A DNA stretch of 64,000 nt from Nitrososphaerales archaeon. Lineage in GTDB: Archaea > Thermoproteota > Nitrososphaeria > Nitrososphaerales > UBA213. Below the pieces are notes generated by a model, which worked only from the letters and a program-made list of their open reading frames with translations, made no database searches and was not told where the DNA came from. Of this stretch, positions 1-11,699 are shown in pieces (position 1 is the stretch's first letter; every line of letters starts with the position of its first letter). Both the position numbers and the translations under genes were made by a program. The stretch is taken from the NCBI GenBank assembly GCA_965197925.1, contig CBDAOC010000019.1, positions 192,001 through 256,000 on the forward strand, given 5' to 3'.

Positions 1-1
1 C

Positions 2-274
2 ATTTAGAGTTCCCTTCATACTAACAATGACTTTAGTTACTACAAAGCCTGTAGTACAGTCTATCACGTACCTGTCTCCGTCGTCCTGATCCTCATCAGT
101 GTGTTCTAATACACTCAATGAGATAATTTTACTTTCTAATTCTTCTTGTAAAGTGTCTATCTTAGCTTCTAGACCTGTGTGCACCGTGCTTGCCCTCTCT
201 ACCGGCATCAAGGCGAATATCCCTGCTATCAATAGCGTTGCTGCCAATATGCCTGGTATTGCCAGTTTGTTCAT
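2..274 (-). CDS. 5' part of a secreted/membrane-anchored hypothetical protein (runs off window)
   Basis: Own translation from ATG 274: MNKLAIPGILAATLLIAGIFALMPVERASTVHTGLEAKIDTLQEELESK..., open to the window edge. Signal-peptide-like N-terminus of a type I recall in thaumarchaeal hypotheticals. Not in the ORF track. Confidence 0.75.
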   Translation of the reverse strand, partial: MNKLAIPGILAATLLIAGIFALMPVERASTVHTGLEAKIDTLQEELESKIISLSVLEHTDEDQDDGDRYVIDCTTGFVVTKVIVSMKGTLN

Positions 275-376
275 TAATTTCCGATTCTTGGAGTTTTATT
301 TAAACATAATGAACAATTGGTCTAGAATTTTCTGGAATAATGTAAAATATCATGGAGTTAAATTTAATCGCTGGTG

Positions 377-496
377 TTATTGGTACGGGCATGCAATTAC
401 TCCAAACCGGTATTTCTTGCATTCCTCGCACTCCAAAACGGAGGTCGGAATGATGAATGCATTGCCGGAAGGATGAAAAGATTGCAACATGTTCAT
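377..496 (-). CDS. small Cys-containing peptide (39 aa), possible metal-binding microprotein
   Basis: MNMLQSFHPSGNAFIIPTSVLECEECKKYRFGVIACPYQ*; CxxC plus a further Cys; same strand as the downstream gene. Confidence 0.3.
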   Translation of the reverse strand: MNMLQSFHPSGNAFIIPTSVLECEECKKYRFGVIACPYQ

Positions 497-679
497 TCTT
501 AAATTGAATTTTGTTTTTGAATTACACCTTTCTTGTTACTTCTTAAATTCAGGAACCTAGAGCGAACGTACCCGAAATAAAACTATCCGTCAATGGGAAG
601 GAATGGCCAGACCCTTGACGGGGGAGACTTTTTAGAATTTCCGCCTGATCCTTATTTGTCACCAATGTAATTTGTGGGT

Positions 680-838
680 ATGGACAGGATATACCTCAAG
701 AAGAAGCAGATTGTCGCGAGTTTTATTAGGAAGCATGGAAATATGGACCACGCAAGGATTCTGAATGAAGTTAATGTTGATTACGATACCCTGATGGAGA
801 TATTATCGGATCTTAAGCACGAAGGAAGGATTAAATAA
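680..838 (+). CDS. small hypothetical protein, possibly winged-helix-like (52 aa)
   Basis: MDRIYLKKKQIVASFIRKHGNMDHARILNEVNVDYDTLMEILSDLKHEGRIK*; helical pattern ending L..L..EG.I resembles wHTH; below the ORF-track length cutoff. Confidence 0.55.
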   Translation: MDRIYLKKKQIVASFIRKHGNMDHARILNEVNVDYDTLMEILSDLKHEGRIK

Positions 839-849
839 ATAACGGCAAC

Positions 850-1440
850 GAATCCGTTCTTGTTAAGATGCCGCAACACGGATAATTCCTCCGGGTATTC
901 CTATTACTGACAACATTTGTCACCCATCACATTTATTGTATCAACAACCTTCCCTTGCCCTGATTGCGTGAACGATACAAATTTGTGATTGGGGGATAGT
1001 GATCCGTCAGTCCAAGTGGCGTTGATTTCTTCATCTATTGTTAGTGAACGATTATCAATTATGTCAATGACTCCGGGTTTGCTGATTGCACGGTCAAGGC
1101 GTTGTCAACTTGGGTTGTACCAAATCACATGTGGCTCTCCTGCAATTTGCATAACTGATGTCTCTCTACCTGATTTGATGCCTAGTACAACGATTGCTTA
1201 GCCAACACACGCAATGAAGGCTTGACCGGTTTCTTCCTCAAAGATCCAAACCATGTGGCCTTGCTATAGAAGTGGATAAGAAATCCTTTGTTCCATAGTT
1301 TCCGGTTAGATCATGAACAACCCTGCAGGACCACTAACGCTTACCAAAATATTATCTGACTTGCGATCATATATGCACCAATGCGGCCTACCAGCCGGCT
1401 TTACGTAAGCTAGATGAATGTGCCGCCGGTGTGACTTTGT
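850..1440 (-). pseudogene. degraded YVTN/YncE-like beta-propeller gene
   Basis: Stop-interrupted fragments GRPHWCIYDRKSDNILVSVSGP and QIAGEPHVIWYNPS*QRLDRAISKPGVIDIID resemble propeller blades (GxPHxIxYxP). Boundaries approximate. Confidence 0.4.
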
Positions 1441-1617
1441 CAGAATATTCTTGCATACTAGGAACCGTTCTAAAATCAGCGGATATCCAATCCTAAACTA
1501 TGGTTACTGCTAGGAAGATTCTTTGATAAATCTGGATGAGCAAAACTGTTTGGAAGTGGTTGGTCGATAAGATTTTATCAATAATAAATAGTACGACTTT
1601 AGTGATGCATAATAAAT

Positions 1618-1890
1618 TCAAGAAAAAGGAGCTTTAAGGGCGTTCTGACTAGGACCAAACCCCAAGAATACCCTTGCAGCTGTTATTCGCCCGCACAACC
1701 CAAGAATTGCTGAAAGTCCAAACGGTGTTATGAAAGATGTAGCGAGTGAAACTCCTCCCTTTTGAGTTGGTATTACATTATAAGCTTCCCAATCATCTGT
1801 AACAAGAATAAATACCCCAAGAAAAAATAATGTGCCTGCTATAAGGATAACATCAATTTGTACAATTTGTCTGGCTCCAATTAACAACAA
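1618..1890 (-). pseudogene. membrane protein fragment
   Basis: Hydrophobic segments; reading frame preceded by an in-frame stop, no convincing start. Confidence 0.25.
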
Positions 1891-2221
1891 GCTCTACATC
1901 ATGTTAGGCGCATTAAGGGACATGCCATAATAAATTGGCACGTAAACCTAGAATGAACATTTTACCAAGATTCCTTCCTTGGATCGAATATTATGATACG
2001 TTTCATCACATGATAAATTTCGTCATTGAAGCGTTAGGCGCCGAGATCGATGCCTGTCACGGAGGCGGCATCTTTATTATAAGACTAAAATGGGAACATC
2101 ACCTCAAAATTGATGATCATATGCAAGAGCTTCATCAAATATTTAAACTATTAACGATATAGACTAAAGCTAGTTGCATTTCATGATTCTGATAAATTCC
2201 ATACTTGTAGGGATGGTCTGA

Positions 2222-3583
2222 CTGGACGCTTTGATAATAGCAGCGGGAGAGGGAACGAGACAACGAGCTAGAGGTGATTCTAAACCACTAATCCTTGTGC
2301 TTGGACTGTCCCTCATCGAAAGGACAATTTTGACTGCCAAGAAATCGGGAATCACAAAATTCTATATTGTAACAGGATACAATGGTAACCGAATTAGACA
2401 TAGTTTGGGAGATGGGAAAAAATATTGTATAGAAATTGAATATCTTCACAATAACGAATGGGAACGAGGTAATGGCATCTCGGTTCTCAAAGCCAAAAAT
2501 AGCTTAAAGGAACCGTTTATCCTCTTGATGGCTGATCATATCTATGACAGCAGGATACTTGACAGCCTTCTTACAAAAAACGTTAGAAAAGATGAGTGCA
2601 TCCTGTGTATAGACAAAAATTTTCCACCACACTTGAATATAGACGATGCCACAAAGGTCTTGACTGAGGGCAATCTAATTAAAGATATTGGAAAAAAGCT
2701 AAAAAATTACAACGGTATAGACCCTGGCATCTTTCTATGTAATCCAGTTATTTTTGATGCATTGGAAGAAAGTACTGCCAGGGGAGACGACGGCCTTTCT
2801 GGAGCTATCAGAATTTTGGCACAACACGATAAAATGAGATTTGAGATGATTGACGGTAATTTTTGGATAGACGTAGACGATGGTGAAGATCTAAAAAATG
2901 CTGAGCGACTTTTGTATAATAATTTAAAAAAAGAGACTGATGGTCCTGTGTCTAAAACGCTTAACAGGCCAATGTCTCTGTGGATCTCCAAGATTCTTCT
3001 GAAGACAGGCATAACACCAAACCAGGTTTCATTGCTGAGTTTTATCATTGGGATTTCTGGAGCGTCATTATTTTTCCTTGGAGAGTATTTTTATCTGATA
3101 CTGGGAGGAATACTGGTTCAAATCCATTCAATCATAGACGGTTGCGATGGAGAGGTAGCACGGTTAAAGCTAAGAGAGACAAAATACGGAGCATGGTTTG
3201 ATGCAGTTTTGGATAGATATGTCGATGCAGGCATAATTTTGGGATTAACATATGGATACTGGAGTATAAACAACGACGGGTTGATATGGTTAATAGGATT
3301 TGTAGCCCTGACCGGAAGCTTCCTCAATAGTTACACCGGTGACAAGTATGACTCAATTTTTAGAAATGAGGGCAAAGCCATTAGATCTAGAATTAGAATT
3401 GGGAGGGATGTGAGGTTGCTGCTGATAACAGTAGGCGCACTAACCAATCAAATTCCCGTAATGCTGGTGATTGTGGCGGTTTTGGCTAATTTTGAGGCTT
3501 TGCGGAGATTGATAGTGTTCAGGGGTAAAGTAGAGAATGACATAGAAGCGAATGTAAGATCTAGAATTATTCCAGAGGACTAG
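2222..3583 (+). CDS. bifunctional CTP:inositol-1-phosphate cytidylyltransferase / CDP-alcohol phosphotransferase (IPCT/DIPPS-like)
   Basis: N-terminal NTP-transferase (IIAAGEGTR...KPL, WIDVD) fused to the CDP-alcohol phosphotransferase motif DGCDGEVARLKLRETKYGAWFDAVLD, with DGPVSKTLNRP linker and ITPNQVS. Start CTG 2222 or TTG 2231. Confidence 0.85.
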   Translation: MDALIIAAGEGTRQRARGDSKPLILVLGLSLIERTILTAKKSGITKFYIVTGYNGNRIRHSLGDGKKYCIEIEYLHNNEWERGNGISVLKAKNSLKEPFILLMADHIYDSRILDSLLTKNVRKDECILCIDKNFPPHLNIDDATKVLTEGNLIKDIGKKLKNYNGIDPGIFLCNPVIFDALEESTARGDDGLSGAIRILAQHDKMRFEMIDGNFWIDVDDGEDLKNAERLLYNNLKKETDGPVSKTLNRPMSLWISKILLKTGITPNQVSLLSFIIGISGASLFFLGEYFYLILGGILVQIHSIIDGCDGEVARLKLRETKYGAWFDAVLDRYVDAGIILGLTYGYWSINNDGLIWLIGFVALTGSFLNSYTGDKYDSIFRNEGKAIRSRIRIGRDVRLLLITVGALTNQIPVMLVIVAVLANFEALRRLIVFRGKVENDIEANVRSRIIPED

Positions 3584-3665
3584 CCCAAATAAGGTATGAA
3601 AAAAAGAAAAAAGTTTGTTTTATGTTTTGCAACTAATTGGAAGCTTCGCAGCCCAATGGTATCTC

Positions 3666-3800
3666 ACCATTCTGGCAGGTTTGATATATCGTGACTCTCA
3701 TGCATAACAGCGTATGGCATGTAACACAATGATCTAATGGTGCAATTCGATATGCAATGTCGATATACAATGGGCTAAAACCCATGGTTTCTATAGAGCC
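3666..3800 (-). mobile_element. isolated left end of IS family A (same family as 49003-49963)
   Basis: Aligns to 49840-49963, ending ...ggctaaaacccatggtttctatagagcc (TIR), and includes the first codons of the transposase. Confidence 0.7.
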
Positions 3801-3852
3801 AATTCAGATTAAAAACATATTAATATTACACTGGGAAAAACACGGAACATAT

Positions 3853-4776
3853 ATGGGTAATCCATTTAAGAAATTTAGAAGAGACGGTGAACCAGAGGAG
3901 GCGGTCCGTGAGAGACCTAGACATAGCAGACCCAGGTCACCTGAGAGCAAAACGAAGCTTGGACTTGGGATAGTGACGGCAATAATCATTTTGGTAATAG
4001 TCTCACAGTCCGTAGTAATCGTTGAGGCAGGTCATCGTGGAGTGGTTTTATATTTTGGTGCCGTTGAAGATAGAGTACTTCCTGAAGGCTTCTCCTTCAT
4101 AGCTCCGTTTGTGGAACAGGTTGTACAAATGGAAGTTAGGACCCTAAAGTATGAGGCGGATGCGAGCTCGTCTTCCAGCGACCTCCAAGTAGTATCTACT
4201 GCAGTTGCTTTGAATTTTCATGTAGATCCCGCGGTAGTTCATACAATTTATCAGGAACTTGGAGAAGATTATGCTGCTAGATTAATTGCACCCACCATAC
4301 AGGAATCTGTAAAGGGGAGCACTGCAAAGTTCGTAGCCGAAGAATTGATCACTAAAAGAGAGGAAGCAAAGGCAAGGATTGGTGATACAATCAGTGAAAC
4401 ATTGATCACGAGAGGCTTTATCGTAGAACAGGTCTTCATAACTGACTTCCAATTTTCAGCTGATTTCGCTAGATCAATTGAGCTGAAGGTGGTAGCGCAA
4501 CAGGAAGCAGAGAGAGAGAGAAATGTCCTAGAGAGGGTGCGAGTGCAGGCAGAATCAAGAGAAGCCGAGGCCATTGGTAACGCGAACGCAAACATAGCAC
4601 AGGCAAAAGGTGAAGCTGAAGCAATATTGATAATACAAGAACAACTCAGAGAAAGCCCCGATTATCTAAAGTGGCAGGCGATAAACAAATGGAATGGAAA
4701 ATTGCCAATAGCGATGGGAGGAGGAGGAGCAATGCCATTCATCGATATCACTACCTTAGCTACTCAGCCCGAATAA
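3853..4776 (+). CDS. prohibitin/SPFH (band 7) family membrane protein
   Basis: N-terminal TM, VEAGHRGVV, DLQVV, AEELITKRE, coiled AEA-rich tail, KWNGKLP; ATG 3853 preferred because the upstream part overlaps an IS end. Confidence 0.9.
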   Translation: MGNPFKKFRRDGEPEEAVRERPRHSRPRSPESKTKLGLGIVTAIIILVIVSQSVVIVEAGHRGVVLYFGAVEDRVLPEGFSFIAPFVEQVVQMEVRTLKYEADASSSSSDLQVVSTAVALNFHVDPAVVHTIYQELGEDYAARLIAPTIQESVKGSTAKFVAEELITKREEAKARIGDTISETLITRGFIVEQVFITDFQFSADFARSIELKVVAQQEAERERNVLERVRVQAESREAEAIGNANANIAQAKGEAEAILIIQEQLRESPDYLKWQAINKWNGKLPIAMGGGGAMPFIDITTLATQPE

Positions 4777-4784
4777 TTGATTGA

Positions 4785-4947
4785 GGCTTGGGCGTAATTA
4801 AGTAGCTCGAACCGATAAGATCATGTTTCTGTTTTTATTGTTGATATGTTTAATTCAGACTCCATACCTCGTATATTATTCTTGATTGGCGTGATTCCTT
4901 GGCCAAATCCTAATAGGAAAAGAGGTAGATCATTCTACTCGCCAACA
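4785..4947 (+). mobile_element. truncated left end of IS family B (same family as 36307-38273)
   Basis: GAGGCTTGGGCGTAATT TIR followed by about 150 bp matching 36307-36470. Confidence 0.8.
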
Positions 4948-5506
4948 TTAATGCTATATTGTTCTGAGAATTATCCCCATTCTTTAGCTTAATATCTCTA
5001 GTTATCTGGCATTAATGCACCATAACGTTGATGTTATGTGACATAAAGCATTACATAACTTTAATAATTTCAAGCCTTTGCTAACGTGTAAAAATTAACG
5101 TGTTTAGTGATGTTTGAGGGTGTTAAAGTCCAAAGCAACAATGGAAACATAAAGATATTATCTGGACCGCTTCTGCAGACAAACAAGGATTTAGAATACA
5201 TTGCCTTCGGTAACATCGTCAACATTTTTAGGTATTGATGTTCTCTTGGTACTCCAATCCCTCCTAGATCACGATAAACACGAGAATTAGTTGAATAAGG
5301 AATATTTATAAGCAAACATCGAGTGATGTCTAATCAAGTCAACAATTATGGTGGCTAGTTCTTTAGGATCCTTTACTCCTTGCCCTATAATCTGGTCATG
5401 ATTAAGGTTTGTTAATCATGTGCTAATTAGTCAAAATTCCATATTTAAAAAAAGATAATTGGCCAAGTTATGAAAGCTTAAATAGAAAATTTGTGCAATT
5501 ATAAAA

Positions 5507-5644
5507 ATGCCGATAGATCCTGTATGCCGTATCGAATTAGAAGAGGATGATGCTGTTGCCTTAGCCCATGGTGGTAAGACATATTGGTTTTGTTGCGATG
5601 GTTGTAAGAGAATTTTCTTAAAGAGTCCAAGAAAGTACAAGTAA
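5507..5644 (+). CDS. YHS domain protein (45 aa)
   Basis: MPIDPVCRIELEEDDAVALAHGGKTYWFCCDGCKRIFLKSPRKYK*; DPVC...YxFCCxxC...F..P..Y signature; TATA-like gcttaaata upstream, T-run downstream. Not in the ORF track. Confidence 0.9.
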   Translation: MPIDPVCRIELEEDDAVALAHGGKTYWFCCDGCKRIFLKSPRKYK

Positions 5645-6137
5645 GCCCCCCTTTTTTTATCTCAATTTTAATGAGGTCGAATTTACCGGAGACATTACCT
5701 CGAATCAAAGGAGTATTGGCTCAGGTCAAAAAAGACATCGAGATTTATTACAATTATCAACCAAATCTTATGAATTCCATATATGGCTAGATTATTTTAA
5801 AAATATAAAACTACCTCTCTTTCCAAACCTTCTATTAGGGATAATATTACCTCTATAGTATGGTTCCTGTCTGATATTATCTACATCGATATAAGAATGT
5901 GAGCTGGCCTACCCTAGTTTTTTCCTGATAATTGATTATTTCGTCAAAGACCCAAGACGCCGGTTATATCATCTTCCTAACTGGATCTTATAAAGAAGAA
6001 GATGGATTACAGTAATCCTAGTACTAGATATACTGTGAATCTAGATTTGATAACTTCCCTTTCATGAAACCGCAATAATCAAATTGCATTGACAAGTCCC
6101 TCTGTTTATTCATAAAATAATATTCTCTCGATATTAA

Positions 6138-7546
6138 ATGATATCATCATTTGAGCTTCAAGCTCAAAACATTGAGGAAGCATTTAGCTCCGTCTTTGAA
6201 AGAGTCACATCTTCTCATGGGAATCAAACAAGGGTCTCAGAATTATCAATTTATCCCAACGATAAGATTCCACCAATTCATGAATTGTTTGATTCGCTTG
6301 GGATTTCTCAACTACTTCAATCTTTGTCACAGTTAGATTTTACAGCGCAGATGTTATTGCTTGGAGTAGGCCTCGTAATCTTCCTAGGGATAGCAGGAGA
6401 ATCATTCTTCAAAAGGACTGGTATTCCCGACATTGCATTTCTCATGATATTTGGTGTAATTCTAGGACCCTTATTAGGAATAGTAGATCAAGAAATAGTA
6501 TTCAAAATAGTACCGTATTTTGCCCCCTTGGCTTTGATAATGATAATGTTTGACAGAGGTCTAAGTTTGGATATACGAAACGTTGTAAAAACTGCACACT
6601 TCGCTGTATTGATTTCTATAGTGGGTTTTGCGGTATCTATTTTGATAGTAACCTTACTTGCAGTTTATGGGTTGAGATGGGCATGGCTTGACAGTATACT
6701 ACTTGGATCCATTGTAGGAGGAAGCAGCTCTATCATTGTGTTTGGATTGGTTAAAAGACTACATGTTTCTGATGAGACGAAATCGATGTTGGGTTTGGAA
6801 TCTGCCATAACAGATATCTTGGCTACAATAGGAGCTTTTCTACTTTTCGAAACAATCCTAACAGGACAATTCGATCTTAATCTAATTTGATTTACTGCTG
6901 CTAAGGCCGTTGCTGTAGGTTTCATCCTTGGCTTTGGAGTTGGGATACCTTGGATGTACGTAACCACGAGGCTTTCAAACGAAGCATTCCTATGCTTACC
7001 ATTGGAATTCTTTTTGTACTTTTCTTCATGGCAAACTCACTGGGAGAATCTGGGGCTCTTACAGCATTAGTATTTGGCATGATGGTTGGAAATAGGAAAC
7101 ATCTATCCAAGTGTCTTAGATGCAACATACGAGAGATATCAACTGATAACACTTTCCATGAACAACTAACATTTTTAGTCAGAGTATTTTTCTTCGTAAT
7201 TATCGGCTTGCTAGCAAGCTTTGGACAAATAGAATATCTCATATTCGGAATAATAGCCGCAGTTTTGATTTATTTAGGAAGAGGAGGAGTGATAAGAATA
7301 TCTCTTACGGGAAGATTCTCCATGGTTGAGAGAAAGATAACCTCAGTCATGATTCCTAGAGGCCTAGCTGCCGCAGTACTGGCTACATACCCCGTGACGC
7401 TCGGCCTTCCAAACGCGGAGGCTTATCCACAAATTGTATTCGTAATAATCATGGCAACAATGATAATTACTACAATAGGCCTTGGCAAAGCGAAGAGGCG
7501 GCCGGGACAGATGCAGACAACCACAAAGATCTACCGACCTGGTTGA
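6138..7546 (+). pseudogene. NhaP/CPA1-type cation:proton antiporter, disrupted
   Basis: RTGIPD, LESAITD and MIPRGLAAAVLA motifs; in-frame TGA at 6888-6890 followed by continued membrane sequence, then a frameshift near 6985. Confidence 0.85.
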
Positions 7547-7831
7547 AATATTCTCGAATTAACTTGCTGTAAATTGATCATCAATCCGTTAGTTTATTGT
7601 AAAAATCATACTTTCTTGGGAATAGGATTACTTCAGAAAGCAGATAACTGATCAAATATAATGCAGTATCCACTTTACCATGGAAAGTATCTTCCAACAG
7701 ATTAAAGAAACAAAGCAGAATAACATTTTCTGTTGTCCTATCGTTTGCAGACTTTAACCTCGAAGGAATACGATACTTACATTGGTATCTGTTCTTAATC
7801 TTGATATACACCCAATCGGTAAAAAGGATGA

Positions 7832-8206
7832 ATGATAACCATAGACTGCAAGGATATGAAAGATCTCTTGTTGGAGGCAGCTGTATATCTTGCAGATAAT
7901 ATTGGGGCAGTGCCTGCAATAAAAACTGGATGTATAGCTCTTGATCCACTGACAGGTAGTGAATTAAATACAAACAATGTTAAAACACATCTAGAGGGGT
8001 TCCTTACTGAAAGAGGCATTTTACAACATTTTATCATCAAAGTTGATGGTGAGAAGATCAAGATTACAGCTATTTCAGAAAGGAAGATTGAAGAGAAGAA
8101 TATGCAATCGCCCTTCCTTATGTGTCCTTATTGCGGTTTTGTCACATCTTATGAAGAAGAATTGGATGTGCATATGAAGGCAGATCTTAGTGGTGGCATC
8201 TTTTGA
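7832..8206 (+). CDS. hypothetical protein with C-terminal C2H2-like zinc finger
   Basis: CPYCGF..SYEEELDVHMKAD; the second His of the finger appears replaced by Asp. Confidence 0.65.
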   Translation: MITIDCKDMKDLLLEAAVYLADNIGAVPAIKTGCIALDPLTGSELNTNNVKTHLEGFLTERGILQHFIIKVDGEKIKITAISERKIEEKNMQSPFLMCPYCGFVTSYEEELDVHMKADLSGGIF

Positions 8207-8233
8207 GGACTTTTTATCCTCCTTCCACTTTGC

Positions 8234-8506
8234 CTACCAATTCTCATCGTCATCGTGTTTCCGCGAATTTTGTTCTGGTAGATGTGAACCGCTAAAGTTT
8301 GCCTTTCTCCTAAGGCAGAACCTCCTCCTAAATGCAAGGGGAAAAATTATAGGAAAAAAAAGGAATAAGAAAAATATGTCTAGTAGTAGAGATATTGCCG
8401 TTACAGCTATAGATGCCGCGCACAGGATCCAGATTAAATTACTTTTATACAATTCATAGGTAGTTAGTATAGGGGCTTTAAATTCAATTTGCACCCATGT
8501 GCTCAC
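8234..8506 (-). CDS. small membrane protein
   Basis: Hydrophobic hairpin followed by an Arg-rich segment and acidic tail; start uncertain. Confidence 0.4.
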   Translation of the reverse strand: MSTWVQIEFKAPILTTYELYKSNLIWILCAASIAVTAISLLLDIFFLFLFFPIIFPLAFRRRFCLRRKANFSGSHLPEQNSRKHDDDENW

Positions 8507-8541
8507 TTCTGGTAGGTTTCATATAGAAGATAATTGATTCC

Positions 8542-9495
8542 AACTCTGTAGAAAACATACCATAAATACAGTCAATCTATGCATGTTGTAGGCTATCACT
8601 ATGAACAGCAGCCCCCATTCTGCATCTTCATCAATCTTGATGCTATATGCACACCAAATGCGTTTTACTATAGACATTATCGTCTCATTCTTGTTTCTAT
8701 GATGATATAGACTTGTATAGAATCTCCTCTTCATTTGCTTGCTGTATCTTTCATGGGTTCTCCATATTGAAACATCTTCATATCTAGCTGGTATGATACC
8801 AAGAACATTAAGTTCTTCCCTTACAAATTCATGATTTGCTTCGCTATCAATGCCCTTGCCTGCTACAACTATAGATAGTATAATTATGTTAGAAGTTCTT
8901 TCCATAATTGGTCTGAATTCTATGGTATCGTGTAGGTGCCCTTCTTATCTTCAATTAGAATGCTATTTTCTCTCTTAATTAAACACCTGCCGATAGCTTG
9001 ATATACTTTTTCCTTATTTCTTTTCTATCCTTATAGCATGATGATGCATTACTGGATCTGAATCCAGAAGCATCTATTCCTACCAACTATTTCCTAATCT
9101 TGGTAAGAAGTATGAATGAAGAAAACATTCTTTATAGTATGTTGCCATCTATCTTTGCAGCAAATTTCTGAAGCTTTGTGTAATATGGGACTCTAACTGT
9201 AGGTACATTCTAAGTTAGATTGCTTCATGGAGCTATTCCACGAACCATTTGTGTCTCTTTTCATCATACTGTCTTAGGGCTAGAAGGATAAGGTGTATCT
9301 ATCCAGTATAGATGTGATTGCTCTCCCTGTGCATGTGTAGAGGCACTCTAGCCCGCATCAAAACATTGAGCATCGTTTTGACAAGTTTGACAGACCTTTA
9401 TTCCTTCATAAGTAGGCATTAGTATCATTTAGCACATTGTTCTCATGCTGCAATTCTTTATACAACGGGCTAAAATCTATGGGTTCTACGGAGCC
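8542..9495 (-). mobile_element. degraded IS5-like element, family A
   Basis: Ends aactctgtagaaaac and gggttctacggagcc; transposase fragments (DSEANHEFVRE, RNKNETIMS, IAYNMHRL) homologous to 49003-49963, with many stops and frameshifts. Confidence 0.85.
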
Positions 9496-9822
9496 GACTA
9501 GGAACCTACAGAGCCTAATCGTATAATAGACCTTCGATCTCAAACCTGATCGTTACTACCTATTGGCAACAATAAATGCCACAGGAGCAAGATGGTTAGG
9601 ATGTTAATTTCATACGTGAAGTATGACTGGGATTTTGAAATCCTCGATCCTCTCCCTAGAAGAGTAAATATTCCAACACTCCGCACACCAAGATCCCACC
9701 CTACATGTCAAAGTCTATTGATTAACAACTCAATGTAAATAAGAGATTCATAGATTATTATCAATTATAGAAATATATCTATAATAATGAATCTAAAAAG
9801 TCATGAGGAGGATCTACGGATT

Positions 9823-11322
9823 CTACATTAATTGATCTTTAGAATCAAAGAGTTGAATCAAATTGGGTTTGAGTATCTTACCCAACGCATTACGCGGAAA
9901 CTTATTAAGTTTTATTATTTGCCTTGGTATCTTATATGCTGCTAGACGCTCTTGAGCCCATATACGTAGTGAGCTTAAGGTTAAATCTGCTTTTTCTTCA
10001 AGTATCAGTGCTGCACAAACTCGTTCACCCAATAGATGGTCTTTGATTCCAACAACTGCACATGTCTTAATGAGTGGGTGATTGAGTAGCACTTCTTCGA
10101 TTTCTATTGCTGATAACTTGTATCCACCGGTCTTAATAATGTCCAAATCACTTCTGCCTAATATACGAAATATCCCATCTTTTTTGACCCCAATATCACC
10201 AGTACAGAACCAGCCATCATGAAACGCCTTCTTAGTAGCTATAGGATTTCTCCAATACTCAATGAATACACCAGGCCCTCTGACCTCGATCTCTCCGGCG
10301 GTTCCTTGCTCGACCAAATTCCCTTTCTCATTAACAAGTCTTACTTCCACATCAGGCAGGGCTGTGCCAACATATCCTGGTGATCTATGACCATGAAGCG
10401 GGTTGGAAATACTCATGCCAAATTCTGTCATGCCATACCTTTCCAAAAGAATGTGACCGCTAACCTCCTTCCATTCTTGAAGTGTACGAACAGGTAAGGC
10501 CGCTGAACCTGAGACCATGAGACGAATATTGGAACATGATTCTGTCATGATTTTTTGTTCTCCCGACGAAGAATTTCTCCAGAATTTAATCAACTTCTCA
10601 TAAATGGTGGGGACGGCCATAAAGAGAGTTAATTTGCCCTTTGTGATACATCTCCACGCTTCTGCCGAGTCAAACCGAGGAAGCATTTCGCTCCAACCCA
10701 GAGTGCACAAGTCAATACATTGATTATACCATGCACGTGATGTAGTGGCAACACAAGAAGGATGTGATCCTCTCCCGCCCATTCCCATGGCGAAACCAAG
10801 CTCCTGACTTGTGCTTCGATGTTTTTATGGGTGGTAAGCACGCCCTTAGGTTTACTGGTAGTACCACTTGTGTAAACAATCATTGCCCGCCTGCCCATCC
10901 CTACCAAGGGGAGCTCGTTTTTGGGTGTCTTTGAGGGCATCGGTTGTTAGAACAAAATGTAAGCCACACATCTCCGCCACATGACGAGCATCCTTTTCAT
11001 AATTTGGGTTTCCAACAATGATACTTGAGCCAGAATTACTGATGAAATATTCTAGCTCTGGTATTGGATGCAAGATGGAAAGTGGAACCGCAATACCTCC
11101 AGCGCGCCAGATCCTCCATTGAGTAGCAACATACTGAAATCCTGGTTGCATCAAAAAGGCCACAGATGTTTCTTTCAGATCGTGAGCTCCATTAAGCAGA
11201 GATGAGGCAATACTACTTGATGCTTCGAGAAGCTGCTTGTAGGTGAACACTCCTTCCCTTGCAATAATGGCAGTTCTCTCCACGTATTTTTTGGCTCGCT
11301 CAATTAATTGGAGGTTAGACAT
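9823..11322 (-). pseudogene. AMP-forming acyl-CoA synthetase (MatB/ACSF3-like), two frameshifts
   Basis: Three overlapping ORFs carry consecutive parts: [47 protein letters not shown]. Confidence 0.88.
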
Positions 11323-11699
11323 TCTGCATTCTACCTTAATGTTGCAATGTTCTCCAAGATAAGAATTGAGGTATTATGAATTGTTATCAATCAAATAAAT
11401 CAGGACAACAAATATCGGTATCCAAATTATATAAGGATTGAAAGAATTATTATATGATTAGAATTTCCTCCTGATCATGGGCGACAATCTCTAGTAATTA
11501 TTGAATATATTCCCAAGTTTTAAAAAAATAAAGAAAGATATGGAATAAATGAGTATATACGATTATAGATGTCACTGATATAGTGAGCAAGTAATCAAAA
11601 GAATGGTGGACTTCTGATGCAATGACAATTATAACCATATTTTACTATTATTCCGATTGGATTACATTTAATAAAGAATTTATGATAATATGATACGAA

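Noticed and set aside
99..476. 125-aa plus-strand ORF
   Set aside because: Antisense to a more convincing signal-peptide gene starting at 274 on the minus strand
1935..2162. 75-aa His-rich ORF upstream of IPCT/DIPPS
   Set aside because: No motif; probably antisense to a decayed minus-strand gene
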